Assembly (NCBI GenBank): GCA_003344405.1
Contig: NOWV01000188.1
Location: 62,001 to 126,000 of the forward strand
Source: Trichoplax sp. H2
Lineage: Eukaryota
Direction: 5' to 3'
DNA: 64,000 nt
The translations under genes were made by a program, and so were the position numbers. Of the stretch, positions 26,269 to 39,500 are shown in pieces. A model generated the notes under the pieces. It saw nothing but the letters and a program-made list of their open reading frames with translations, did not search any database and was not told where the DNA came from. Numbering within the stretch: the stretch's first letter is position 1; each line of letters starts with the position of its first letter.

Positions 26269-29200
26269 AACTTTATCTAATTATAAACTACGGCAACTCT
26301 GAAAAATTAATCGTGTAAATTATTTAGAACACTATAAATGCTGAGCTATAATGTTACTGTAAGGATTCCCACTATCTGGTAGTATTTCGGCGCATTAATT
26401 ATTTTAGTCATTTTTGGCTTAATTTTTTGCTTCAATGACACAAATAGTTTACGAAATATTCGCTTGATTTACTTAAGATATTATAAGTTATTTATACGCT
26501 AGTTAAAACTACGGAAGTTACTTTATATTTATTTTATTACTACTCGTAGTTTTGATATTGATGTAAGGATTACTTTCAATACTAGCTATATATATCAAAT
26601 GCTAATTTCATAAACGATGTTTTTAGAGATGAAGCCTAATGATCTTAATTTATTTTTGCACTATTTCTTAAGGCTTGTAATTCTATTAATGCTGCAACGA
26701 CATTATATTTTTATTTTAATTTTACATAAAACATTGACACAATTCCTTAAGGAGTAAATTCTTTCTTGGTCACAAGCTATACGTAAAAAATCAAATCTAT
26801 TGCAGCTTATGATAATAAGAACATCAAATATGGTAATTTTAAGAACTTAAAGTTCTTGGTTACCTACCATATAATTGTAATCCATCAACTTTCGATCATG
26901 AAATTGCAAAGCATTTACAAGCACTGAATTTTCACGTTATTTCAATCAGCACCACAATTCGCAGTTGCTATTATAGGTAGGTTCTGTTTCTTATTCATTA
27001 TGAATAAGAATTATAATTATTATAATCTTGCATGTCCCGAATTTAAATGGATTTTTCATTTTCATATCGCCCGCAGCTATCATCGATTCGTAACGTCTAC
27101 AGCTGTCCAATTAAAAGTTATGGCACAAATTATCGCTTCACGCTATGAAATTTCGTTAATATAATTACGCAAAAATTTATACTTTTTAAATTAAAACTGA
27201 AATTATCAGTTTCGATATTGCCTTAATCTTAGATCAATTTATTGATATTGATGTATTTTAAATTATATAAAATTATCTATTGCCTGTAAAAATACAAAAT
27301 ATCTATTATATCAATTATTTGCATACCAAATATGAATTCTATTTAGGAAAAGAATTTGATACAATTATTAGTTCAAATTATAGGCAACTATTATTGTGTT
27401 CATAATGCCTGGAAATTTATGGAATGTCTAAAATTATCGAGACTAGAGAATTTCATGATTTCCTTTTATGATTACTCAATGCAATTTTCAATTAATGAGT
27501 ATTTAATTGATATGAGATTAAAGTGCTAATTGTAATAGCTTACCATAACACGAGTTAGATATGTGCTGGATTGCTACATTGTTTCTGGTTAGTTTTAATT
27601 ACACATCGAAAAATTTACGATTATGTTACGTGATGGTTTCAATTTGATAGCAAAGATCTAGAAAGGATGAATCCTTCCCGGTTAATACTTAGTTAATTAC
27701 GTGGCTAATGGGTTGGATTGCAATTTACCAGTTATTGAATGTTTGGAATATCGAATGAGTATAATAGTAAACTGAAAGAGGTGCACTGTAATCAAAAAGC
27801 TTGCTTTTGCCAGCATTTCTCTTATAATAGATTATAGAAATATGTAAGATACACATTTGACTCTTTGCCATCTTTCAGATTAGCTTACTCTTAAATCTTT
27901 AAATAGGTCACGTTTGTAAACTAAATTGTAAGATTACATCAGCGCCTATTGCTACTACAGAGATCATGTAGTAAAGTAAATTCAACAAGAAATTGACGTC
28001 ATTGTCATATTTTGTAGATATTTAACCTCACTCCTATATTACAGTAGAAGAAAATTTGTAATTTTTTTTACGTCGACATAATATAATATCTTTAATTCTA
28101 CCTTTATTTAATTCCATAAATTAGAGTCGAAACAGAAAAATGTAAATGCTTGATTAGTGTTACCTACTTATGACGATTGCATGAATTCTATACATGAGCT
28201 TAATGTCCAGTACCTTCATCGATCGTGGTATATTACAGCAAGAATTTATAACAGAAAATATGTATTTCTTCTTGTAAATAACACAAGCCATTTATGTACT
28301 TGGAAAGTTTAAATGTAATTGATTTCGTAGTTTCTTGCTAAATTTGATAGAAAGTATTATTAGTATATTTCGATAATGTGGATGCAACTACATATCTAAT
28401 ACCACGATCTCGAAACATTGTCTAGGCTAGGGATGTAGAAAAATAGGATTATGTAGGAAATTTGTTTACAGAGATGCTTAGTTAGAGACTTGAAAGAAGT
28501 AGTTAACGTATTGCAAAATGTAGAAATTTAACTGAAATTAAAATACATGTTTCAAACTCTTAATTATTTAATTAGATCTATTAATAGTACATATTACCGA
28601 TATCTACAATACATTCCACTGTACTTATTGATTGAGCTAGGGAGCAATAAGCGTGCTCTGCAAAATTGAATCGGATAACAGTAATAGTATAACGCAGATC
28701 AACTAAAATCAAGTTTTTAAAATAGATTTTGATGTCTTTAAACCGTGAATGTAAATCTTATAATTCATAATACCATTATTTTCGTAGTAACCAGGCACAA
28801 TTTGCTTAGTATGTAACTGCATCTACGTACTTGTCAAGCGATGCGGGTAAAGGATATTATGATGTAAGCCATCCTTTTAAATATTAATCAATCAGCATGT
28901 TTATCTATGAGTTACATGTTGTCACAACCCTCACTTGTGGCAAAGGAAAGTAAAGAATTCTAGTGTAGTTACTTAAGACATGGGCTATTTCTCCCAGTAC
29001 TTTCAGTTTCTATGAGAGAAGTATTTGAGAACTCGATTTCTCGGCTGATCTACACAGACAACTGACTAATTATTACACTATTCTTCACGATATGAGTCTT
29101 GCCGTTTCTTGAGCAATTGCTAACTTTATTCTACAAACATACGCGCTTAAATAGGTTTCAACAGTGAATTCCAATATTAACGGGTGAGAATTCATACTTT

Positions 29201-30561
29201 CATACTTTACAAGTTACATTAATTAGTATAATACATTACTAAATATACATGTCGATATTCTCAGACTTAGATAGCTACAAGCTATCAGGTGTTAAGACGC
29301 TTAACCTTCGTCTATATACGGCTCAATTTTTAGAGATTAACGCACCTTACAAACCTACAGTAAATTAGCTGTTAACAACTTATATTGCTATCACATTTCT
29401 ACCATCCTATTATCAGCTACAAGCGCATTAAACATAGCACATAACTTTATCTTATCTATTCATAAGCATTCATTAATCAACAGTTACTTAATTAGTAACG
29501 GCGTACCGCGACACATATATTAAAGTATATTTTAGCGAACAGAAAACACGTGCACTTATGTAACAACAAGCGTGATATTTATGTTGTGTGCGCGTGATAG
29601 TATACATACTATATATAATTTATATAATAGGTGCATTACGCTTACTAATAATTCTAAACATGTCATAGCTATCTGTCGTATTATCATATGCAATAAGTAG
29701 TAAAGTGAATTGAACAAGGAAATTGAGTTTCCACTTAGATTATTTTTAAGTAGCCAATCTCACTCCCATATTATGGTAAAGAAAGTTTACAATTTTCTTA
29801 TATCGAAATAATAATGTCTTTGATTCAACTGTGATTTAATTCCACAAATTAGTGTTGAAACAGAAAAAAGAACATTTTTGTTTTGTGCCACCTTGTTTAC
29901 AACCATTAGGCGAATTTAATTCTATATGGCCTACTTTCCATGAACATACCGACGGGGTACAATTACCATAAAATTTACCATTTTTGTAACGAGCCCCTAC
30001 CGTATTGTATATTCTTTATATATATATTTCCGAGGCCGGAATTGTTGAAGTCCAAGGATTAAATCAACACTATATTTCAGTTCTTTTATAACTATTAATT
30101 TAAATAAACTGTGAGTCATGTTTTCGTTAACAATTGATTTGTAATAATCACATTAATGGGTTCTTGGATTATATTGGGATAGAATATTTACTACAGATTG
30201 TAAACTAGCATAATATGGTATTAAATCTATTGAAATATATAATTCTATAGCTACTTAACTTCTGATAATTACTGGTAGGTAACTAAATAGAATTGTTAAT
30301 ACTGCAATGGGCTGACCGTAGCATTCAGCTATCGTCTATACAAATAATATAGGTGACAATCCATAGCAGCAGGAAACTTTCACATCATCATCACATTAAT
30401 TATTACCCGCGTTACTTATAATGTCACCATTGTATGTGTACACGTACGCATATACGCTAGATTAGTAGCTATAAATTTGCTTGCTATGAAGCAATCTATC
30501 GATAGCAAATTATTCTCTTTCAGCTCCTGAAGCCATAGACTGAACAAATTTTCCTCTAATC

Positions 30562-33500
30562 ATGAAGAGAAAGGTAACATCTCGCACAAATTACCTTTAG
30601 CTAACAGTTGATTGAGTTTTCTTTCTTGAATTAGTTTTCATATAAGTTGTAATATAGTTAAATGCTACAGAAGGCTGTTGGTATTTTAGGTTAAATGTCT
30701 GTAAAGATTATAATAGTTATGAGTAGAAATTTAGCCGGTTATAAGTTGAAATAAGTACCTTATATACTTGTGGTAACTTTTGGCTTACACAATCTCTTCA
30801 TACGCTAATCTTAGTAGAAAACTTGTCTAGCTGCCGATAAAATGCATTAAATCGTAATTTTAGAACTATTAGAATTTAAATATTTAGATCATATAAACTC
30901 TCCAAAGCATCTTAAATTGAGTTCTTTAAGTAGTGAAGCCACGAAGTTAGTCAGTACGTTGCTTGATCATAATGTCTATTTTATAATTAATAGAATTGAT
31001 TATCCAGGCCATATTACGCTATTGCTTATACCACACATTCAATTAAGTTGGTAAAAGTAAAATCATTTGTGGTATTATAAGCAATTCTCACGATTACATC
31101 CTACTTCTTGTTACTAATGTCTTGCATCTCCATGTCGATGTAAATTCATAAATTTGTTCACAGTGACTTTCCGGTGCTGTATTCTAGTGTAGAAATTAAT
31201 AAAGAGCAGTATTAATTAATATGCGGCAAAACAGCTGCTGTTGTCAGTATACCCTTTCCATAATCAATATTTAAGTGCAACTTTTGAAACGAATATCTTA
31301 AATAATATCAGTTTAAATTTGTTTATTTTTGCTTTAAAAGTAAGTCGGTATAAAAAATTGTATAACCTTGATGTATGTTGTTCAATAGATCATTTCTCAT
31401 TGGGTTTCATGTTAATGATCGATGATTCAATTACCTTTTTACTATACATCCTAAAGAATTGACTAGTCTAGCCGTCTGGAGGCATCTAAATATGTAGAAA
31501 GAGGCTCGATACAATATCGCTACAGGTTATCTAGGATCCCTCTGGCGCGTAATACTAAGTTATACATTCCAGTATTTCTTTGTGTATTTAGCAATTAAGA
31601 TGATATGAATTTAATTCTCTTCACTATCAAAAGTAAAATAAATCTAAATAACACAAATTCTACCTATTAATTACAGAATAAAATGTTTTCAATTTATAGC
31701 AACGAGCGGAGACAAAATTTATCACCGATAATTTCCATAAACGTGATTGCAATGGTTTCATAAAGACTATTGTCACAGAGAATGGACTAAAGTACGTCTT
31801 CTCATATTGTATCCTGCACATTGCCTGTTGCTAGTTTTAGTAGTAGGATTTATTATTCGATTCCTTTTAAATTTAAAAATTAGATATCAAATTTAATAGC
31901 AGACCTAAATTGCATATTATTTACATATTTAACTGTATTATCTATAACGGTCATCATTGTCGACTACGATAGTAATTTTGATCAAGTCATTAATAGTTAC
32001 CGAAGCTAATATACGTATCTTATTTTATCCGGAAATGGATGTTAACCAAGCATTGAGAGATGCCAGTGCGGTAGAAAACAACAATCTCATAAAAAAATCG
32101 ACTTGACGGTAGACTCCGAAACCGATTGGAGTATGGAGAGCCATACGGAAAAAAGTTGCACAGATGCTTTCGGTGAAATTAAGTTTTTTCGTTATCGCAT
32201 GAAATCATCCATGGCGAAGGTATAACATACTTTACTTTTGATGCTGTCCTCAATTGCATAATTTATACGGTAAATCAATAATTTATTTTATATCTTACTC
32301 TACGTGGCATATTACTTTTGAGTTAGTAATATCTGTCATAAAATTAAGCAAGGAGCCTAGAATATTTTGCTAAATCAAGAACTGACGACAAACTGAGAAA
32401 CTGAAAGCAAAATGTTTTGTATATTTACCTTATAAAATATCCCATACTGCACTATTTCAATGGTCCATGCTTTTTTAATTTCATTTATTACTTCTAGTAA
32501 TATCTGTACTACTACATACCGTGAACTTAGAACAGATTTTAGCTAAAAATAGCTAAAACTATCATATTTATTACGGATATACCGATGAAATCTATATCGG
32601 TAGATCGTTAAAGGTATAGCGTGTAATGTCTGACAAAATTATGATTTATTCATTCTCACTAGCTTAGATTATCATCTAAAGGCAGTTTGTCCAGATCTGA
32701 ATATCAATAAATAAGAACGAAAGATAAACTAATTTCTACAGCACTCTATTCAAATAACAGAAGTTACAAGCTGACATATGTAAACTTAAATTTTGCCATC
32801 TCTATTGCAACATCTTTATTATACGCGCGTGGTTATTAACATACACCTCTTGGTAGTAAGTTTTAAAAACAAATTTTAGTTCTATTTTATACATGACAAA
32901 ATGTAGACTAGATTCCTAGGTCTAGTTGAGGCATATGTATATTTATTATTCTATATATATGGATTATCGCTCGATCTGAACATAATAAAAGATGATAATA
33001 AATATCTTTTTTATTTATTCCTCCTTCTATAGTATGTAAGAGTTGCGGCAGACGATTCAGTAGATCACTTACTAGAGTTGCTAAAGCAGTATTGGGACAT
33101 TGACAATCGAAGCTTTGTCATATCCATCATTAGTGATGGTGACGTTAAAAATACTGGACATTCGCGGAAGATCAAGAAAGCATTTTATGATTGTTTGATT
33201 AGAATTGCTAATAGGGTGACCGTTTGTATTCTTACTTCTGGGTATCATCAAGGTGTTATCAAAGATATGAGCCAAACCTTAAATCAAGATGGTAAAGACA
33301 GCGACAATAATAAAAGGCATAAGCATGTCATCATTGTTGGTATTTCAACATGGGGAGCAGTTTTAAATAGAGAGCTGCTGCAAAGTGAAACGGTGAGTAT
33401 GTAATGAAAATAGACGGGATAAAATATAATATCAAGATCATGTTTAAGTACCATTTATCTCAAATCATGATTACTAATAATTTATGATGTGGCTTATAGA

Positions 33501-36500
33501 GTGTATTCATAAATGACTTATATTAGAGTTTCTAATCCGTAGAAATTACGGATAAATTTATATTGTGCTACATCATTATGATTGCCAATACGAAGCCGGC
33601 AGATTTTAAAACCTATAGCGAAATTGCATCAGATAGCATAAATCAGTTGTATCAATATCTACTAGAGCGTACTCATTAGATTAACTAATTTATTAACGTT
33701 TGTATTCCCTAGTAATTACGTAAAAAATTGATATGTTGTATCATTATGACTACCAATACCATGTGGGCTGCTTTTATAATCTAGAGCAAAATTGCATCAA
33801 ATAACAAATCAGCTATACTAATATTTACCAGGATGTATTCATTAGTAAAACTTACATTTACGTTTGTTGTAATTACGATAAAACTTATATCATGTAATAT
33901 CATGATAACTACTGTACCAATGCAATTAGAGCTGGTTTTAAAACCTACGTCAAAATTATATCAGATGACATAAATCAGTTCTATTAATATGTACTAGTTT
34001 ATGCCAATCTGAAAGATTTCGAAAATAACCATTTCTTTCAGTTTACGATTTAATATTTACAATGATTGCATTTATTTAATAAATATTCTTATTAGGGATC
34101 CGGTAGCTATCCTGCTGAATACGTCGCTGTCAGGAAAGGCGTCCAACGATATGTTCCGTTAGACCCTAACCACACTCATTTCATCTTGGCCGACGATGGA
34201 ACTACTGGTCAAAGAGCTGCTGAAGAGGTTTTAAGAAAGGAGTTAACCAAGGAATGGCGAAAGAAAAATAAGCAAAGTTTGGGTAGGAAATGAAAAATCC
34301 CTAATAAATTTGATTTCCTATTTAAATCTGCATTTCCCAGTCCGGATAGATTACATAACATGATCATAGGATGATTTGGGTTGAAAATCTCAACGTAGTT
34401 TTCTTAAGATTAGCCCTAGTACTAATGCTTATATCGCGTCTCACTTTGCTAACGGTGATTGTTTTAGCTTATATACTCTAAGAACTATTGCACCCCCGCA
34501 GAGTAAGCTTAAATAAAATAATTAATCAGCAACCCTCAAAAATTTATAAGGCATTAAAAAGTTACTGGAAGCTGATTTCTAAATCGTAATCAATGTAAAA
34601 GTGAAAATAAATAGACGGCAGTCTCGTAATGATTTAATCATAAATTATGTATAAATTATGCAAAATAAATTTTGTGCCAATCCAAAGCAATCCCATCTGC
34701 TATGATAACATCAAGATACGTGCCATTTCGATCATAAAATTCGAGGATTACATATTTTTAATAGCATTACTAATTTCGTATTGTAGGTTTGAGTCGATTG
34801 ATTCGAATTGTAATATCTGGAAATGTAGAATCACTTCATAAAGTTAGAGACTATGTTGCTAGCGGAAGAACTGTTGTCGCTGTCAAGGACAGTGGAGGTG
34901 CCTCTAGTGCATTAACCTATATCAAAAGTGATGCTAGGTAAGTTTGAATATTGTAAGCTAATCAGATTAGTATAATGTCTTATATGACGAATAAATCAAA
35001 ATAAGCATTAAGTTAGACTTAACACTAGTGCATATATTGATGAATTTCGTATTAGGAATTTAAATAATAGAGAAACTCGAAATAAGTTGAAAGAAATACT
35101 GAAATATTCCACAACCGATGGCACTTCTATGCCAGATAGTGTCTTTGCGATGTGTTTAGAGTATATAGAAACAATTCAACGATACTTAAAAAAGGTATTG
35201 GTCGATGCCATTGAATTTTGATAACTGATCTTAAGTTGCTTAACGCATTATTACTCCAATAATAATTAACGTAATGCCGCAGATTAAGCAAATTATTTTA
35301 TATGTTGCACTGACTAAAATTGAAGTGCTACCCAAACAGAATAGGAGTTATGTTCTACATCTTTACATTTTCATGGTTATTGTTAGATAATCATTTATGA
35401 TTGCCCTAAGGATGAATATGGAAAGTTTCTTCTCCGAATTCTCATGGGGCGAGGTATAATTAGAAATAGTAATAGTGATGCAAAATCATACTTGAATTCA
35501 TCATAACTTTAATAATTATAACGAATAGATATATTCAACACACTTACCGTGTATAACATCAGTTAGCATCTTAGATCAAATGCCTATCAATATTTCAGAA
35601 TAAGTACACGTTCATTGATTTTAAATTTTGAATAGAATGCTTTTAGGCTATGCTGCATACATATGTCACTACAGCTAAAAAATTCTGTAGTTATGATTAC
35701 AAAGAGTTTTACTATTCGTTAGTTAAGAGATTATATGAATCTGTTTCATTTAGTAACATAAAAAATGCGAAATTGATTATATAAACTTTCTAGTGTATTT
35801 TAACCCTCTTACATATATTATTAAGCAGGCTTCCTATATGCCATTTTTTGTATTCCCCTTTAGCTAAGCATTCAACTACTGAAAGTGAGGTTGGCAGTAT
35901 TGATGTCAAGTTTGAGGAACAAGATAAAAATAGCATGATGCAGATACATGATGGCACTCCGTCTTCGATAACACCACCAACGCCAAGAAGACATGTAATG
36001 ATGGCAACGTCTTTAGATAGCGCCGTGACATGTTTAAGAGAAAAGCCCGCTTTTCAAAGATCGTTATTCAGCCAAGGAGATAGACCACTTAAATCTGATC
36101 CGGTGTTAGAAGAAAGTAAAGATCTAAATATAGTTCCAAGATTATTGGATTATGGAGCTAGTAGGCCAACTAGACACTCCTTGGCTATCATCCCTTTAGG
36201 GAAAGCAAGTGAAAAATTAGATCAGGAGACTCACATAAGAACGCGCCAAAATTCAGATGATTATTCGTCCGGAATGCAATATACCGATGAAAAAATAGGT
36301 ACCAATGGCGCAACGTTATCGCTAGTATCAAGCCCTTTTGCGACGGATGAAAACAGTAGTAAAATGAAAAACATGAATAGGTTATCATCAGAAACATCAG
36401 AAATGCAGAAGTTGTCATCTCATGATGCGAATAAAGATGAAGGTGGTGATGAAGGAGTTAAATACCAGAATGATCAAACCGTGCTCAATGGTGCAGTATC

Positions 36501-39500
36501 ATTATCGTTGCCACAACCCCCTATGGATTACAATAATAATAATGATTTAGAAAACAGGGATAGAGCAATATCGCAAGGATCTGATGGCTCCGTATTTGGT
36601 AGCAATGCAATTACTATCACTCCACAGCCGCAAATGACAGGCATGTATGGTATTTCAGATTACCAGTTTAAATTTGTAGTATGCTGCTATCTGGTACGCT
36701 AATTTCATCTTAATTTACATACACATATTAAGTGATATATTAAGCAAAATTTTAATAAAATATTTCGTAACAAATTAGCTTACTATCGATTTATATATTA
36801 ATGCATATAATGTTAATCTGATAAAAGAGTCCTATCTAGATCTCAATTCGTTCTCAAGATATCTGGCAGTTTATCCATTTGACAATTTTTTAGAGTCATT
36901 TCGATTCTATTTTTAAGACTTTAGTATGCAGCCCCGAATAAAAACGATTTCCACCTACGATAAAGACGTAGTAATAGCTGGTGATAATGAAACGAATATG
37001 TTACAAACTTTAGAGCCAATTGCAGTCCAAATTAATGATGTTGATTACATAGAAGAAAATGAGGACGATGAAGCAAGAACAAATAATGATAAGCCAGCAG
37101 AATCAACAATCATTGAAGTACCCCAAGGGATTGAATATCCGCAGCTGTTAGATCACCGATCAAGATTTGACTTACCGCAATCAGGTAATTCTTCAACGTA
37201 ATATCAAAAAATGCAAATGAAAGCGAAGTAATGTTTAGTAAAGTGCTCATACATAATTCACCCTGATTCGGTGTATGATGCATTACTAATATGTCGAACC
37301 CAATTTATAAGATATCTGATTAATGTCGATATTATTACAGGTACAGAAGAAGCTGGTGACATGAAAGGACAAAATGTGGAGGAGTCTGAAAGTAAATGGG
37401 GAAAAATTAAGCAGAAACTGATGCATAACGATGAAGATAGAGCATCATTGGATGACCATTCTTGTTTAGCGAAGATAGATTTGTTATTATCGCGAGATGA
37501 TACTATTAACTGCTTCGATCCAAATGAATCCAAAAGGTTACAGTTAATAGAACTTCTTCTACTGGAAGATACAATTAGTTTGACTAAAATCATAGCAAAT
37601 GGCAGAAAGGTAAGAGTTATGCTCACCACGATTGATAAAATACTGTAAAAATTGTCTAATAGTAAGTATTGTCTATTTTTCACTTGTATAAGTAGAATTT
37701 ATCCAATACTACTTTAACTAAATGTGCTTCACAAATGGAAAACTTGGATACATTTGAAGGAGACGCATACCGCGATTTCTCCCAATTTATAACCTCTAAA
37801 ACTTTAACGGACTTATATGAATTGGTATGTTTAGAAATCTGCAAGCTATTTGCATATAAACTATTTAATGAAGCAGAATTAAATGCTTTGCTTACAGCGT
37901 CGATAGAAAATATCTTATGAAAGATTTCCATTAATTCAGTAAAAATTACAAAATAAATAATGGCTTAAAGTCTACATAAAGTAAAAGTCTACAATTTACA
38001 ATAACAGTTGTAGTGGTATAGCTTTCGATATAGCTCAATGTATCCATTTGCAGTTATTAAAAAGACATAAAAGGAAACCCACATATTTATTTCGGTAAAG
38101 TCGCATACGACAATTGTAGTACTATTTGTGAAAAAGTAAAATTTAGTATCTTGAATAGAAAATTGAATTACAGCAATTTCTTCGTCTTTACTTATAACAT
38201 ATATATATATAGTGAATATGTGTGCTAGTAAAATAAGTAATATTATCGACCTAAATAGTGATCTATTAAAAATTACCTTAAATGATTTGTTGAAAATATT
38301 TCAATCGTATATTTATCTACTAATATGTATATACAGTAATATCGTGATCTTAATTACAGTCTATGCCATCTCTTTACAGGCTAACCAATGCGTATTTTAT
38401 GAGTTATACAGTTTTGAATACATCCATACATGCCGAGATTCTGAGGTAAGAAAACTCAGATATATGATATGAAAAGGATACTCGATTGATAAGAGAAACA
38501 ACTAGCAGAAAATTTCTCAATAGTAGCCCTAAGTAAATGCAAATATGCCTGGAACGGAAGGTTGCATTAGTTATACCTATAGTAACAAAATCGATATAAC
38601 GAGATAGCATCATACCGGCTAATTCAAAAGTTAAGACAATTAGTCATAACTACTTGTTCTTGCGATAACTGATAAAACACTTCAATATACATGTACCTGT
38701 CGGCTTTCTCTGCTCAGTTAAAATCGATTTCTAGTTAATAAAATTTACAGCATATTACAGTAAAGTATTTAATTTAGAGCTTGTGATTGAATTTATGGAT
38801 GAAGAGATTTATGCTTATGAATGTATCATTCATACAACAGGATATAAAGTATATGTTAACTTATTGAAATAAAATATTAAATGGTAGGAATTTCTAATCA
38901 GCTCGTATTTTATAATCTAGAGATTCAATAATAACGAACAATGTATGAGGACGATAGATAGGGTTGGAAATATTATTGCTATGTTAGTAGGTCATAATTA
39001 TAACAATCCATACACTGAAGAAAAAATTCGCCGGTCCCATTCATCAAATTCAATCAAGGAAATTAGTATAAAATCTAGAGTAGATTGTGCCAATCTTCCT
39101 ATTAAAGACCCGTACAACCAGTTATTCTTATGGGCTGCATTGACGAGCCACGATAAATTAGCGTTCTATTTATTGGAAATGGTCCGTTATCCTATTGCCG
39201 CCGCTTTGTTGGCTGCTTATCTTTTGATTAAATTGTCAAATAAGATGTTAGATGATGAATTCTGTGCTGCTGCGCAGGAATATAACTTTGAATTACTAGA
39301 CGATGCTTATAAAACGACAAATATTCAAATATTACGGAATCGTAGCAGGTAAGATTTTCAACATTTGATATTAGTTATAGAATATAAGGTACCGATATTT
39401 ATCTAATTCACCATTTGTGGGAAATATTCTTTTAACCCATAAACATCACCTAACAATTTGATTGCTAGTATTTCTATTTATAAACTATAATGTAAATAGA

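Noticed and set aside
26988-27025. 11-bp-arm hairpin downstream of copy 1, and an AT-only quasi-palindrome near 45918-45958
   Set aside because: Expected at some frequency in very AT-rich DNA; no supporting context.
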